A stretch of 64,000 nt of DNA from Promethearchaeota archaeon (GTDB lineage: Archaea > Asgardarchaeota > Lokiarchaeia > Sigyniarchaeales > SOKP01): the NCBI GenBank assembly GCA_048939015.1, contig JBHLPW010000002.1:88743-152742 (forward strand), written 5' to 3'. The translations under genes were made by a program, and so were the position numbers. Below, piece after piece: positions 47,545 to 57,612 of the stretch. The stretch's first letter is position 1, and every line of letters begins with the position of its first letter. The notes under the pieces are model-generated. The model was not told where the DNA came from, did no database searches, and saw only the letters and a list, made by a program, of their open reading frames with translations.

Positions 47545-48207
47545 TTACATTTCACTTTTTTTAAAATTTAATTGATATATAAACCAATTTCCAAATTGTT
47601 CGTCTAATTCAAACCCAGCTTCTTTAGCCCATTTCTTTTCTGTTTTTCGTCGAGGATAATCGGGATCAGGAAGCATTTCACTTAGGGATAACAACCCATT
47701 TGGCTTTAAAACTCGTTGAATTTCCATAAGAGCTCTTACAGGGTCAGGAATTTCAGGTAGACATGCAATCATTAGTACACGATCGACAATTTCATCTTCA
47801 AATGAAAGATTGTATGCATCATCTATTTTAGGAATAATATTTGTAATACTCTCCTTTTCAATTTTTTTCTTTAAACGACTTATTACCGGTTCTTGGATGT
47901 CGATTGCATACACTTTTCCATCGGGTAAAACATTTTTCGCAATAGCTTTTGTATAATTTCCTTTACCGGGACCAATCTCTATAATTGTCATACCAGGTTT
48001 GAGTTTCATTCGTTTAACAACAGTTTCAGGTTTTTGGATAAATTTTCTTCTGAAAGGATTGTCAATTAGACGTGTCATAAAAGTAGGAACAGGGAATTTA
48101 TGGTATTTACGAATTATTCGTAGAACGATGAAAACAATAAAGAAGAAAATTCCGAAAATTATCAAAATAATGAAGAAAATAATTCTTAAAATTAGCCAAA
48201 AATCCAT
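47545..48207 (-). CDS. Class I SAM-dependent methyltransferase with N-terminal TM anchor
   Basis: IEIGPGKG, YAIDIQ, DAYNLSF, RVLKPNG. Confidence 0.88.
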   Translation of the reverse strand: MDFWLILRIIFFIILIIFGIFFFIVFIVLRIIRKYHKFPVPTFMTRLIDNPFRRKFIQKPETVVKRMKLKPGMTIIEIGPGKGNYTKAIAKNVLPDGKVYAIDIQEPVISRLKKKIEKESITNIIPKIDDAYNLSFEDEIVDRVLMIACLPEIPDPVRALMEIQRVLKPNGLLSLSEMLPDPDYPRRKTEKKWAKEAGFELDEQFGNWFIYQLNFKKSEM

Positions 48208-48301
48208 ATCTTGAAACTCTCGAAATTTTGAAATAATATTAAATATAATTAATTGAATAAAAGAATAATCCTTTTAAAGTTCTTTAAATAATACAATAAG
48301 C

Positions 48302-49231
48302 ATGGATCTTAGCAAGGGAAAACCAATTGAAATAACTCATAAAGCACTATTTGATGAGTTTTTTCAAAAATATCCTCCAGAAATATCTGAATTTACATTT
48401 ACAAACCTCTTCATGTGGAGAAATTATTATAATTTCTTATTTATGGAATTTAAGGACCATTTAATCTTATTTTCTTATGATTATTTAAAAAATAGAAGAA
48501 AACCAATCAATGTAGGTACTAAAGATTATCTTTATTTTTTTCCACCAATAGGTCCATCACCAGACAAGATCATTATTGAAATTTTTGAAAATCTTAGAAA
48601 TGTAGAAGTTCATAGAGTACCAGAGAATATCTGTCAAAAGTTAATGGAAAATCAGAATTTTCCCAAATTAAATTTAGATTGCCTTGAAGATCGAAATAAT
48701 TGGGATTACATTTATAATAGAGATGAAATATTGAACTTGGCAGGAAATAAGTATAGGCAGAATAGAAGATGGTTGCAGAAATTTTTAAATACATATGATT
48801 TCGATTTCCAATTATTAACAGAAGATCTAATTGAGAAATGTAAAGAATTGCAATTAGAATGGTGTATAATGAGAGCGTGTACAGAGGATGAAAGTTTAGA
48901 TGCTGAACAAGATGCAATCTATGAAGCCTTAAACAATTTTAAAACTCTTGGATTTAGCGGAGGATTAATCTGTGTGGATGATAAATGTGCTGCTTATACA
49001 TTTGGAGAAATATTAAATAATAATACTTTAGTAATCCATATTGAGAAAGCACATATGGAATATGAAGGATCCTATCAAGCAATCAATAATTTCTTCTTAA
49101 AAAACTGTTGTATAGATGTTATATTTGTTAATCGGGAACAAGATTTAGGGATAGAGGGCTTAAGAAGAGCAAAAGAGTCCTATAAGCCAATTAAAATGAT
49201 AAAAAAGAGTATTATCTATAAAAAAATATAA
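48302..49231 (+). CDS. DUF2156 / phosphatidylglycerol lysyltransferase-like domain protein
   Basis: SEFTFTNLFMW, DYIY....L..L.G.KY, HIEKA, YQAIN, VNREQDLGIEGLRRAKESYKP. Confidence 0.88.
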   Translation: MDLSKGKPIEITHKALFDEFFQKYPPEISEFTFTNLFMWRNYYNFLFMEFKDHLILFSYDYLKNRRKPINVGTKDYLYFFPPIGPSPDKIIIEIFENLRNVEVHRVPENICQKLMENQNFPKLNLDCLEDRNNWDYIYNRDEILNLAGNKYRQNRRWLQKFLNTYDFDFQLLTEDLIEKCKELQLEWCIMRACTEDESLDAEQDAIYEALNNFKTLGFSGGLICVDDKCAAYTFGEILNNNTLVIHIEKAHMEYEGSYQAINNFFLKNCCIDVIFVNREQDLGIEGLRRAKESYKPIKMIKKSIIYKKI

Positions 49232-49461
49232 TTGATATATTTTTTTTTCTTAAATATTAAATTCCTTCAATTTCTTCAACTAGAATTTTAACAGGTATGC
49301 CCATGTGAAACCAATAGATATGTTTCTCTTGATTAGGGTTTTCCTTTTGCTCCTTGATACGTGTTCCTCAAATTCCATAGCAAATTTAACAAATAGTTTT
49401 TGCCATCTCTTTCATTGGTCATCAGTAAAAAAAAAATTGAAGAATTTAGAAAAATTATAAG

Positions 49462-50394
49462 TTAAAATGAGGTTCGAAGGTTTTTAAGATCTTCAATAGT
49501 CCCTATCTCTACTACTTTTGCTTCAGTTATTAACCATCTCTTTCTCTCTTGAGAAAGACTTTTTTCCTGAGCTTCGCTTAATTTTTGTCCAATTAGGGTA
49601 AATTGATTAAAGAGTTTTGAACTAAGGGAATGATCATGGTCATCTTCTATCATTATCAAATCTCGAAAGAATAAACCAGCATGTCTTCTACATTCGCTCC
49701 AAACTCCAGCATTCCACCAATGTCCATGATTATTTCCATCATTTTTTTGCAAATATCTTAACCAAGAATCGTAAGCATCTTTTCCAGATTTATAATGAAC
49801 TGAATCCTCAGGTTTTTTCGAATAATTCCCTTGAATTGATTTTTCAGCAAACGTAAGGGCATTAATAATAACTTTTTTCGGGGTTTGAGGTTCTATTTTC
49901 TGAACCGCCCATATCATTGCATGGAATTCATTTCCCATTTCATTCCAGGTTGAATAAGTTATTCTTTGAGGGAAAAATTCAGGATATTCAGGATCAAATG
50001 GATCTAGCAAAAAACCACTTTCATCAAAACCATATATTATTTGATTATCCATATTTTGTATAATCAATGGGATTTTATTTGAAAGATATTCCTTTATTTT
50101 TGATTCAAGATACTCTAAATGAGATTTATTAGCTGTATTATGAAGAAATCCCAAAGGAATAATTTCTAATCCAACATTTCTTGCTAATTCTATAAAGGGA
50201 TCATAGTCAAAAACATATGGTCCAGATGGACATAAATCCTGATGGATGTTTATAAAGAATGCCATTCCAGTAGCTCCCATTAACCATTGTTGGGAAATAT
50301 GATAACGGTAATATTTAGCAATGCCATGTAATGCTCCAATGAAATTATTATTCATCTTTGTTGCTTTTAAATTATCTAAAATAATTTTCTTCAT
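49462..50394 (-). CDS. Hypothetical protein
   Basis: 310 aa ORF; 'LMGATGMAF', 'SG..AYD.W' and 'ECRRHA..F' look like conserved segments, but I cannot assign a family. Confidence 0.65.
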   Translation of the reverse strand: MKKIILDNLKATKMNNNFIGALHGIAKYYRYHISQQWLMGATGMAFFINIHQDLCPSGPYVFDYDPFIELARNVGLEIIPLGFLHNTANKSHLEYLESKIKEYLSNKIPLIIQNMDNQIIYGFDESGFLLDPFDPEYPEFFPQRITYSTWNEMGNEFHAMIWAVQKIEPQTPKKVIINALTFAEKSIQGNYSKKPEDSVHYKSGKDAYDSWLRYLQKNDGNNHGHWWNAGVWSECRRHAGLFFRDLIMIEDDHDHSLSSKLFNQFTLIGQKLSEAQEKSLSQERKRWLITEAKVVEIGTIEDLKNLRTSF

Positions 50395-50641
50395 TTTTTT
50401 ATCACATCAAATAATAAAAGATCACACAATATTAATTTATCATTTTAAAATTAGATTCGAATTTTGGAAGCAATGATACTAATATTATATACCTTAAATC
50501 TTATCAAAATAAAGAAGACAAGGGTGTGTTTTTATTAAATTTTCCAAAATTCTCAATATTATTTTTTGGTACTATGAATATTTATATTAATATATGTGAA
50601 ATTACTTATAATACTAAAAAACTGAATAATGTGAGAAATTT

Positions 50642-52315
50642 ATGTCGGATGAAGGTTCAGGTGAAGGATTACAGGAGGAAAAACCTGTAGGTAGATTAAC
50701 TGGTAAAACCACAACTCATACGGTTACTGTCGTATTTGAAGGTGCTCCTGTTGATAGAAATAATTATTTGACAATTTATGGAGAAAAAGATGATGAAGGA
50801 AATCGAGAGCATTTTGTACTTTATATCATAGATATGTGGACAGAAGATAAAGGTCGTATGGCTAAATTATCTGTTTTAGGAGAAAGACCAAAAAGACCAT
50901 TTGAAATTGGATTAGATGTTTTTCTAGCAAAAGAGGAACAAATTTCAAAGATTTTAGGAATTTTTAATCCTCCTGAGGAATCGCTCTCTTTAGGAAACCT
51001 CATCGGTTATCCTTATGAAGTATATTTATTAATTAAAAATTTTGGAAGGATTTTCATTACGGGAAAATCTGGTTCAGGTAAATCATATACAATGGGCGTT
51101 TTATGTGAGGAATTTCTTAAAAAAGGAATTCCTTTAGTTATATTGGATAGACATGGTGAATATGGAAGCCTTAAAGTGGCTGGTGAGGATTTACCGGAAG
51201 GAGAGAGTGAATTTGTAGATCGAGTAGTAGAATTTTCTGATTTAAAGAAAAATAAAGGTGGAGATGTCGATATCGAATACTTATTTTCATTAAAACCAAC
51301 GGATATTGTTGCAGCTAACCTGTGCACAGTAGTAAATTTGAATGGAATGGCCTTAGAGGTACAAGAGGCTATAGCTGGTAAACTACTCAAAAAACTCTAT
51401 GATGCAAGTACAACAAGAGGAATACCTCCGTTCTACTTATTTTTAGATGAAGCGCATTTATTTGCAGGTAAAAAGCAAACAGAAACGTGTGAGGTGGTTA
51501 AATTATTTGCTCAAGAGGGAAGAAAGTTTGGAGCTAACATAGTTATTGGGACTCAAAGACCTCAGCTACTTGACACAACCATTCGAGCTCAAGCAGGTAC
51601 ATGGGTTGTTCATAATTTATCAGATGTAAGAGATATTGGCATTACAATTTCCAGTGCTGAGGATTTAAGTAATGAAAATAAATCAGATATTTCTGGTTTG
51701 GATAAAGGACAAGCAATAATATGTGGTGAAGCTGTTAAGGGGATTCCACTATTTGTTAAGATAAGAAAAAGACGAACTAAACATGGAGGTGTTAGCTTTA
51801 ATCCATTGGATTTTCTATCAGAACAAACTGTTGAAGAATTACAAAAAAGAAAAGAGAGACTTCTAGGAGGTAAATCCGCTGATGAATTAGAAACTGGAAA
51901 ATCAATGTTTGAAGAAATGTTAGAACCAAAAAATGCTACTGATTATCTAGATGAAATTGCCCTCTTAAAAGTGAGAATTCAGGAATTAGAAGATGAAGTT
52001 TCTCGTTTAAAGGAGAAGGTAGCCAATGTTAAAGAAGGAGAGGGTATCCCATTAATTGCAACCGATGAAACTATCGAAGAATTACAAACAGAAATTAATG
52101 TTTGGAAGGAAAAATATAAATTCTTAAAAGAAATGGCGGAACAAGGAGGAGAAGACATAGTTCCCTTAGGTGATGATAGTGAGAGGATATTAGACCTAAA
52201 CAATAAAATAATCGAACTTGAAGCGCAAGTAAAAAAATATAAATCGAGATCTGATGATGCTATTATCTTAGCTGAGAAATCTATATCTGAATTAAAAAAG
52301 CATAAGAAGAAATAA
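50642..52315 (+). CDS. HerA/FtsK-superfamily (DUF87) ATPase with N-terminal HAS-barrel-like region and C-terminal coiled coil
   Basis: Walker A ITGKSGSGKS, LDRHGEY, Walker B LFLDEAH, QEGRKFG, TQRP; heptad-rich tail. Confidence 0.85.
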   Translation: MSDEGSGEGLQEEKPVGRLTGKTTTHTVTVVFEGAPVDRNNYLTIYGEKDDEGNREHFVLYIIDMWTEDKGRMAKLSVLGERPKRPFEIGLDVFLAKEEQISKILGIFNPPEESLSLGNLIGYPYEVYLLIKNFGRIFITGKSGSGKSYTMGVLCEEFLKKGIPLVILDRHGEYGSLKVAGEDLPEGESEFVDRVVEFSDLKKNKGGDVDIEYLFSLKPTDIVAANLCTVVNLNGMALEVQEAIAGKLLKKLYDASTTRGIPPFYLFLDEAHLFAGKKQTETCEVVKLFAQEGRKFGANIVIGTQRPQLLDTTIRAQAGTWVVHNLSDVRDIGITISSAEDLSNENKSDISGLDKGQAIICGEAVKGIPLFVKIRKRRTKHGGVSFNPLDFLSEQTVEELQKRKERLLGGKSADELETGKSMFEEMLEPKNATDYLDEIALLKVRIQELEDEVSRLKEKVANVKEGEGIPLIATDETIEELQTEINVWKEKYKFLKEMAEQGGEDIVPLGDDSERILDLNNKIIELEAQVKKYKSRSDDAIILAEKSISELKKHKKK

Positions 52316-52422
52316 TTATAAATCCATATTTTTTGAATTTGATTTTATTCTATATTTTTTATTTATTCCAATAATTTGATTAATTAGTTTTAATTATCTC
52401 AATTTATTTATCGCTAGTAATT

Positions 52423-53517
52423 TTGAACTTTTTTATTATGAATAATGATGTATTAAATATTGAAAGCATTAAGGAATATCAGAAGAAATTATCAGATTTA
52501 CTTGGTGTATCTGGACACGAGGAGGAAGTAAGGAATTATATTCTTGATGAAATCGAAAAAAAAGGTTTAGCTGATAAAGCGTGGATAGATCCACTCGGAA
52601 ATGTTTTAGCTACAAAAGAGGGAACTATTGGAGAAAATAGAATTTTATTAGATGCTCATATTGATGAAATCGGATTTATAGTTTCTCACATATTCAAGAA
52701 AGGTTTTTTAAATTTTGTATCGATTGGTGGTTGGGATAATAGAGTTCTTTTTGGACAATCTATTATCTTAAAATCTGCTGATGGAAAAATATATCACGGA
52801 ATTATTGGATCAAAGCCACCTCATCTTACTACAGCTGAAGAACGAAAGAAGGTGGTTCCTATTGAGGATTTATATATTGATATAGGAATGACTTCTAGAG
52901 AGGAGGTTAAAGGAAATAAGATTGATATAGGAACAATAGGCACATTATATAGTCCTTTTATTGAATTTCCTAATGGTATGATTCGTGGTAAAGCATTTGA
53001 TGATCGCACTGGTTGTAATGTTTTACTCCATACAATGATGCTTTTAAATAAAGAGGAACATACTGATACAGTTCTTTTCAATTTTGCAGTACAAGAAGAA
53101 GTAGGAGGATTTGGAGCAATTACTGGAGCTTATGAACTTAAACCAACAATGGCAATTGCGATTGAAAACACGACTGCTGGTGATGTACCTGGAATTAAAG
53201 ACTCGAAAAATCCAGTTAGTATAGGAGAAGGTCCAGCAATTACTGTTGCAGACAAATCAATAATTTCAAATCCTAAAGTGAATAATAGATTGATCAAAAA
53301 TGCTGAACATGAGAACATTCAATATCAATATAAGAAACCTAGGTATGGAGGAACTGATGCTGGTAAAATTCAATTTAGCCGCAGGGGTGTTCCAAGTACA
53401 GTTGTATCTGTTCCTTGTAGATATATTCATTCACCGACCTCATTATTGAAACTTGATGATATTTATAAGACCATACAGCTGATTGATGCATTTATACGAA
53501 ATCCAGCTAATATCTAA
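52423..53517 (+). CDS. M42 family aminopeptidase (TET/Frv-like)
   Basis: VSGHE, DAHIDEIG, KAFDDRTG, VQEEVG, GGTDAG, PCRYIHSP. The start may be the ATG at 52438. Confidence 0.92.
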   Translation: MNFFIMNNDVLNIESIKEYQKKLSDLLGVSGHEEEVRNYILDEIEKKGLADKAWIDPLGNVLATKEGTIGENRILLDAHIDEIGFIVSHIFKKGFLNFVSIGGWDNRVLFGQSIILKSADGKIYHGIIGSKPPHLTTAEERKKVVPIEDLYIDIGMTSREEVKGNKIDIGTIGTLYSPFIEFPNGMIRGKAFDDRTGCNVLLHTMMLLNKEEHTDTVLFNFAVQEEVGGFGAITGAYELKPTMAIAIENTTAGDVPGIKDSKNPVSIGEGPAITVADKSIISNPKVNNRLIKNAEHENIQYQYKKPRYGGTDAGKIQFSRRGVPSTVVSVPCRYIHSPTSLLKLDDIYKTIQLIDAFIRNPANI

Positions 53518-54969
53518 TTATTCCTTTAGAAGGATATCTTCTTCAGAAATTTCAATGGCATCTCTTTTTATAAATTTTTCATCTACCTTGATTTTTCTTA
53601 GAAAGGAATAGCTAATTAAGTAGAAGAAACCCATTGAAGCCAAGATTATTGTAATTATTACAGGATTCTCAGCATTGTGACCTGTAAGAACTAATCCTAT
53701 TATGAACGAAGCCAGTGATTGACCTGCTGCCATAATAAAAGAACTCAAACCAAAATAGGCTCCAGAAATATTTGAAACAACTGTATCAAAATCTACATCT
53801 TTTGTTCTATCAGCTGCCTCATAAACTAAAACACTTGCTAAAGGTGGATTAAACAAACCTAAACCATACATTGAACCCAAAATTGTACCCATAGTAAAAA
53901 TGAATAAAATAATTTCGAATTCAAGGGTTAAAGCTTCTATCAAGAAAGATAATTCTAAAAAACAAGCTATAATAGAAGATATAATACAGATTTTATATGT
54001 TTTAAGGTTTGAGTTCTTCTTAAGTAATCTCCGCCAAATATAAAAACCACCTAATTTACTCAAAATAGAAACTATTACATAAATATAATATTTTGTCCCC
54101 GTAAATACAAGTGTATATGTTAGAAATGGTATTATAATTATGCCAAGAATTTTTCCAGATATACTATTGAAAAATCTTACAATTAGATACTTACGATATT
54201 TTCTATCCCATAATGGTTCTCTCATTTGTTTTAGAAAATAATTTAGCTTAATTTTGTTTCTTGTAGCTTCTACATTACTAGTTTTATGAAAACTCTCATC
54301 TACTGATAAAAATGAGATTAATATTGTTAACAAACCAAATATTGTAAAAGCTGTTCCTATCCAAGGTAAAAAAGTAAGTACTATACCTCCTGAAGGTTCC
54401 CACCATTTTACATTGCTAGGTTCGGGTAAAAAACTTTGTACTATTAAAGGAAGCATCATAGCTAAAATAGATGCTATTATTTGAAAAATAGTCATAACTG
54501 CTGCTATTTTCTCTCTATTTTGATGAGTCTGAGATTGTTCAGTTAACATAGAAAGGTGAACAGTCATAATCGATGATCCGGTTATAGATTTAATAATCAG
54601 TGTGGTCCAAAGGAATATTGCGGTAGGTAAAAATAATGCATCATTTTGAGGACTTCTAGGTGGTATCCACACCAGAATACTAGTTATAAACCATAGTGGT
54701 AAGCCATATAAAAGAAATGGTCGGCGTTTTCCTAATTTTCCAGGTTTTTTATTATCAGCAATTATTCCAAATATAATTGAGGAAATGGCAAATGTAATAA
54801 ATTGGAATGATATACCAACTGACGTGAGGATTGAATCCAAATTAATGGTATAAACATAAAATTGGAAAACAAAAATACCCACCAACATATTAGATAATAT
54901 CATGCCAAAGTTTCCTAAGGCATATCCAATAAGGCGTTTTCCATGTAATTCTCGTGGTATTTCTACCAT
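53518..54969 (-). CDS. MFS transporter (GPH/MelB-like)
   Basis: About 12 TM helices; 'GIIADN....LGKRRPFLL' motif. Confidence 0.85.
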   Translation of the reverse strand: MVEIPRELHGKRLIGYALGNFGMILSNMLVGIFVFQFYVYTINLDSILTSVGISFQFITFAISSIIFGIIADNKKPGKLGKRRPFLLYGLPLWFITSILVWIPPRSPQNDALFLPTAIFLWTTLIIKSITGSSIMTVHLSMLTEQSQTHQNREKIAAVMTIFQIIASILAMMLPLIVQSFLPEPSNVKWWEPSGGIVLTFLPWIGTAFTIFGLLTILISFLSVDESFHKTSNVEATRNKIKLNYFLKQMREPLWDRKYRKYLIVRFFNSISGKILGIIIIPFLTYTLVFTGTKYYIYVIVSILSKLGGFYIWRRLLKKNSNLKTYKICIISSIIACFLELSFLIEALTLEFEIILFIFTMGTILGSMYGLGLFNPPLASVLVYEAADRTKDVDFDTVVSNISGAYFGLSSFIMAAGQSLASFIIGLVLTGHNAENPVIITIILASMGFFYLISYSFLRKIKVDEKFIKRDAIEISEEDILLKE

Positions 54970-55051
54970 GATAATATAATATGTCTATTTAAAATTAATT
55001 TTTCGATTTCGAAAGCAGAAAAGATGTAAACCCTAAAAAAGAGAAAAAAAA

Positions 55052-55939
55052 TTACTTTTCTTCTTTATCCTTTTTTCGTTTTTTAATTTTTTTTTGCTGT
55101 TCTACGATAACATTACTGATAAATTGAGTAGTAGAATACGCTGATTCAGCTTCACCAAGACTTAATCCTTCTAAATCTTTTTCAATTTCCTCAGCCTCAG
55201 CATCGGAGAACGCCATTTCAGATTGGACATAATCTTTAGCACTCATTTTGTGCCTTTTTGTCCTTAATTCCGCTCTCTGCAAATAATAGTGACTGGTCAT
55301 ATGTAGAACAGTACCCTCGCCATAATCAAATGTAATAACTATTGGCGCTTCCCCATATTTTTCTTGCATTTCCTTGCTAACAATTAAAAGTTTAATTTGG
55401 GATTTATCTAATATTTGAATAGGATATGAAGAACTTTCTAACCACCAAATTGGATCTGATTTTTCATCAAATAGTCCCTCTAAAAACTTATTACTCTTAT
55501 CCAATATTTCTACTCTTACGCAGTCATCTCCTGTCGGACGTTGATTATATTTTAAAAAACGAGGAAAGATTTTTTCAAGGATATTTTGTAGAGCCCAATC
55601 CGTAGTAAAAAGAAATCCTCCACTCTTAACAAATTCTTTTATTTTAGGTAAAGCATCATCATTTACATTCCCAGGACAATTAATGATTAAGATTTGATCT
55701 GCCCTTAATTCAATTTGACTTACTTCGTGAGGTTCGATTAGAATAAATGGAACTTTTATCATTTCTAATACTAACTCAATTTTATCATAAGCGCCAGTAA
55801 CGATAATAATTGAAGATTCTTTTACTTTTCGTAATATATCAAAATCTACTGGTCGTTCCTTTGCCATTCGTTTTTCTAATATTTTGGAAGAAGCTTTATA
55901 AGCTTGTTCCATCTTTTTAAAATCTCCCATTTTAATCAT
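55052..55939 (-). CDS. Hypothetical protein, class I glutamine-amidotransferase-like fold
   Basis: 'ILIINCPG...IKEFVKSGGFLFTTDWAL' and 'YGEGTVLHMTSH'. Confidence 0.55.
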   Translation of the reverse strand: MIKMGDFKKMEQAYKASSKILEKRMAKERPVDFDILRKVKESSIIIVTGAYDKIELVLEMIKVPFILIEPHEVSQIELRADQILIINCPGNVNDDALPKIKEFVKSGGFLFTTDWALQNILEKIFPRFLKYNQRPTGDDCVRVEILDKSNKFLEGLFDEKSDPIWWLESSSYPIQILDKSQIKLLIVSKEMQEKYGEAPIVITFDYGEGTVLHMTSHYYLQRAELRTKRHKMSAKDYVQSEMAFSDAEAEEIEKDLEGLSLGEAESAYSTTQFISNVIVEQQKKIKKRKKDKEEK

Positions 55940-56061
55940 ATAACAAAATTTCTTTTAAAAAATTATGAAAAAGAAATAAAATAAATTTATTTTTTTTTTG
56001 AGTTTTATTCATTATTTAAAATTAAAAATTTTATATTGGAATAAGTCTTATTTCTTCAATA

Positions 56062-57099
56062 ATGACACAAAACCAGATATTGAGTGTTACATATTTTGAC
56101 CAAATTATCGGTCCGAACATTTTGTATTCAAGTGAATCATTATCTGGATCAATAGATACACCTGACATTAATAGAATTCTTGAATTTAATGATGAAGAAG
56201 GCACATTCATTTTTGCTTATAGAAAGTATCAAACTGTTAATCATATCTTTTTTATAGATTCAGAATTAGCTCGAGGTGGTAAAGAACTAATGATGATTAC
56301 TTATATGATTAAAACAGCTATTTTCAAGGATGAAATTGTAGATGTGTTTAAATATTTAGACTCTAAAGCTCCCGTATTAGAAGAATTTGCTGCAGAGATT
56401 AGAAAATTAGAGGATATTAAAGAAATACTGCATACAAAGAAAAGTGCCTTTAATAGTGAATATGCTTTAGATTTAGCAAATGATGAATTAAAAAATAATT
56501 TTTTAAATATTTTCAATAAATATTTCAAAAAATTAGCTCCTAAATATCGTTTAGAGACCCCTATAAGGGATAAACGACTTATTAAAAAAATTTTTATTAT
56601 AGGTGCGCCAAGAGCAGGTAAAACAACGTTTTTGAAGAATCTTGAGTTGATTCAATTTTTAAATATTAAAAGGAACGATTTACCTAGTAGGATTTATGAG
56701 GTCGTTATTGAGAACCTTGAAGTACTACAGTATGATAATCAAATGAGTGAGTTTGAGTGTAGAGATTTTGAGAATCTGGAGAATTGTGTGAATTTTGCGC
56801 AAGGTTTTATAATCCTTTTCAACCTGTCAGACAAAAATTCAATTATTCAAACAAAAGAGCTTTTTAAAATAGTTGACAACACTCGATTAGACCTAAACGC
56901 TGAATTAGTCCCTATTCTAATAATAGGTAATAAGTTTCATGGAAAGGAGAATTTTAATCTTGAATATGTAAATGAAATTTTTGAGATCAATGAGTTAAGA
57001 GAACTTGGCGTTAAAATCAAATATATTCCTATAAATATTTTAAAAGATGATGAAAAGTTAATGAATGCAATGCGATGGTTAATTAGAAAAATAGTCTAA
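56062..57099 (+). CDS. uDENN/longin-like N-terminal domain fused to a divergent small-GTPase domain
   Basis: N-terminal 'LSVTYFDQIIGPNILY' (FD...GP motif) and 'ARGGKELMMIT'; C-terminal IIGAPRAGKTT, GFIILFNL, ILIIGNK; no DxxG and no SAK. Confidence 0.65.
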   Translation: MTQNQILSVTYFDQIIGPNILYSSESLSGSIDTPDINRILEFNDEEGTFIFAYRKYQTVNHIFFIDSELARGGKELMMITYMIKTAIFKDEIVDVFKYLDSKAPVLEEFAAEIRKLEDIKEILHTKKSAFNSEYALDLANDELKNNFLNIFNKYFKKLAPKYRLETPIRDKRLIKKIFIIGAPRAGKTTFLKNLELIQFLNIKRNDLPSRIYEVVIENLEVLQYDNQMSEFECRDFENLENCVNFAQGFIILFNLSDKNSIIQTKELFKIVDNTRLDLNAELVPILIIGNKFHGKENFNLEYVNEIFEINELRELGVKIKYIPINILKDDEKLMNAMRWLIRKIV

Positions 57100-57239
57100 T
57101 ACTAAATCTAATAAATATTGTATGATTTAAGATTTATCTTTATTAAATTGAACATCCAGCAAATCTTTTAAATCATCATAAACATAATAAATAAAAATAT
57201 CGAAGGATTCTTCTCTATATAAAAAGTGAATTTAAAACA

Positions 57240-57590
57240 ATGGCGGTTAAAGGAATTGCATGGGGGATTGTTTTTTTTCTCACAGCAATTATATATTCTG
57301 CAATACCCACTTACCTAATAGTAAGATTTTGGGTGTGGTTAAACAGTTTTCCAGTATATACTTTATCGTTATTTATGTTATTTTTATGGATTGTGGCAAT
57401 TATCATAGTTTTTATTTATATTGTTGCAATGGTAAGAGCTTTTATTCAGAGAAATAATGAAGAAGGGTTAGGAATACCGAAAGGAGTAAAAGGTTTTGGG
57501 TTAGTATCAACCGTTATTATTGTTGTATTTATGCTAGTGTGGTATTTGATCTTTGGTCAAATTGCATTTTTTTCTATGGTCCCATTGTAG
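57240..57590 (+). CDS. Hypothetical membrane protein (3 TM)
   Basis: 116 aa, strongly hydrophobic. Confidence 0.7.
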   Translation: MAVKGIAWGIVFFLTAIIYSAIPTYLIVRFWVWLNSFPVYTLSLFMLFLWIVAIIIVFIYIVAMVRAFIQRNNEEGLGIPKGVKGFGLVSTVIIVVFMLVWYLIFGQIAFFSMVPL

Positions 57591-57612
57591 GATAATGTAA
57601 TAGAATGTATCT

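Noticed and set aside
42113-52315. Sir2-HerA (Nezha-type) defence system
   Set aside because: The SIR2-TPR and HerA-like genes are about 6 kb apart with six unrelated genes between them. Described Sir2-HerA systems are adjacent pairs.
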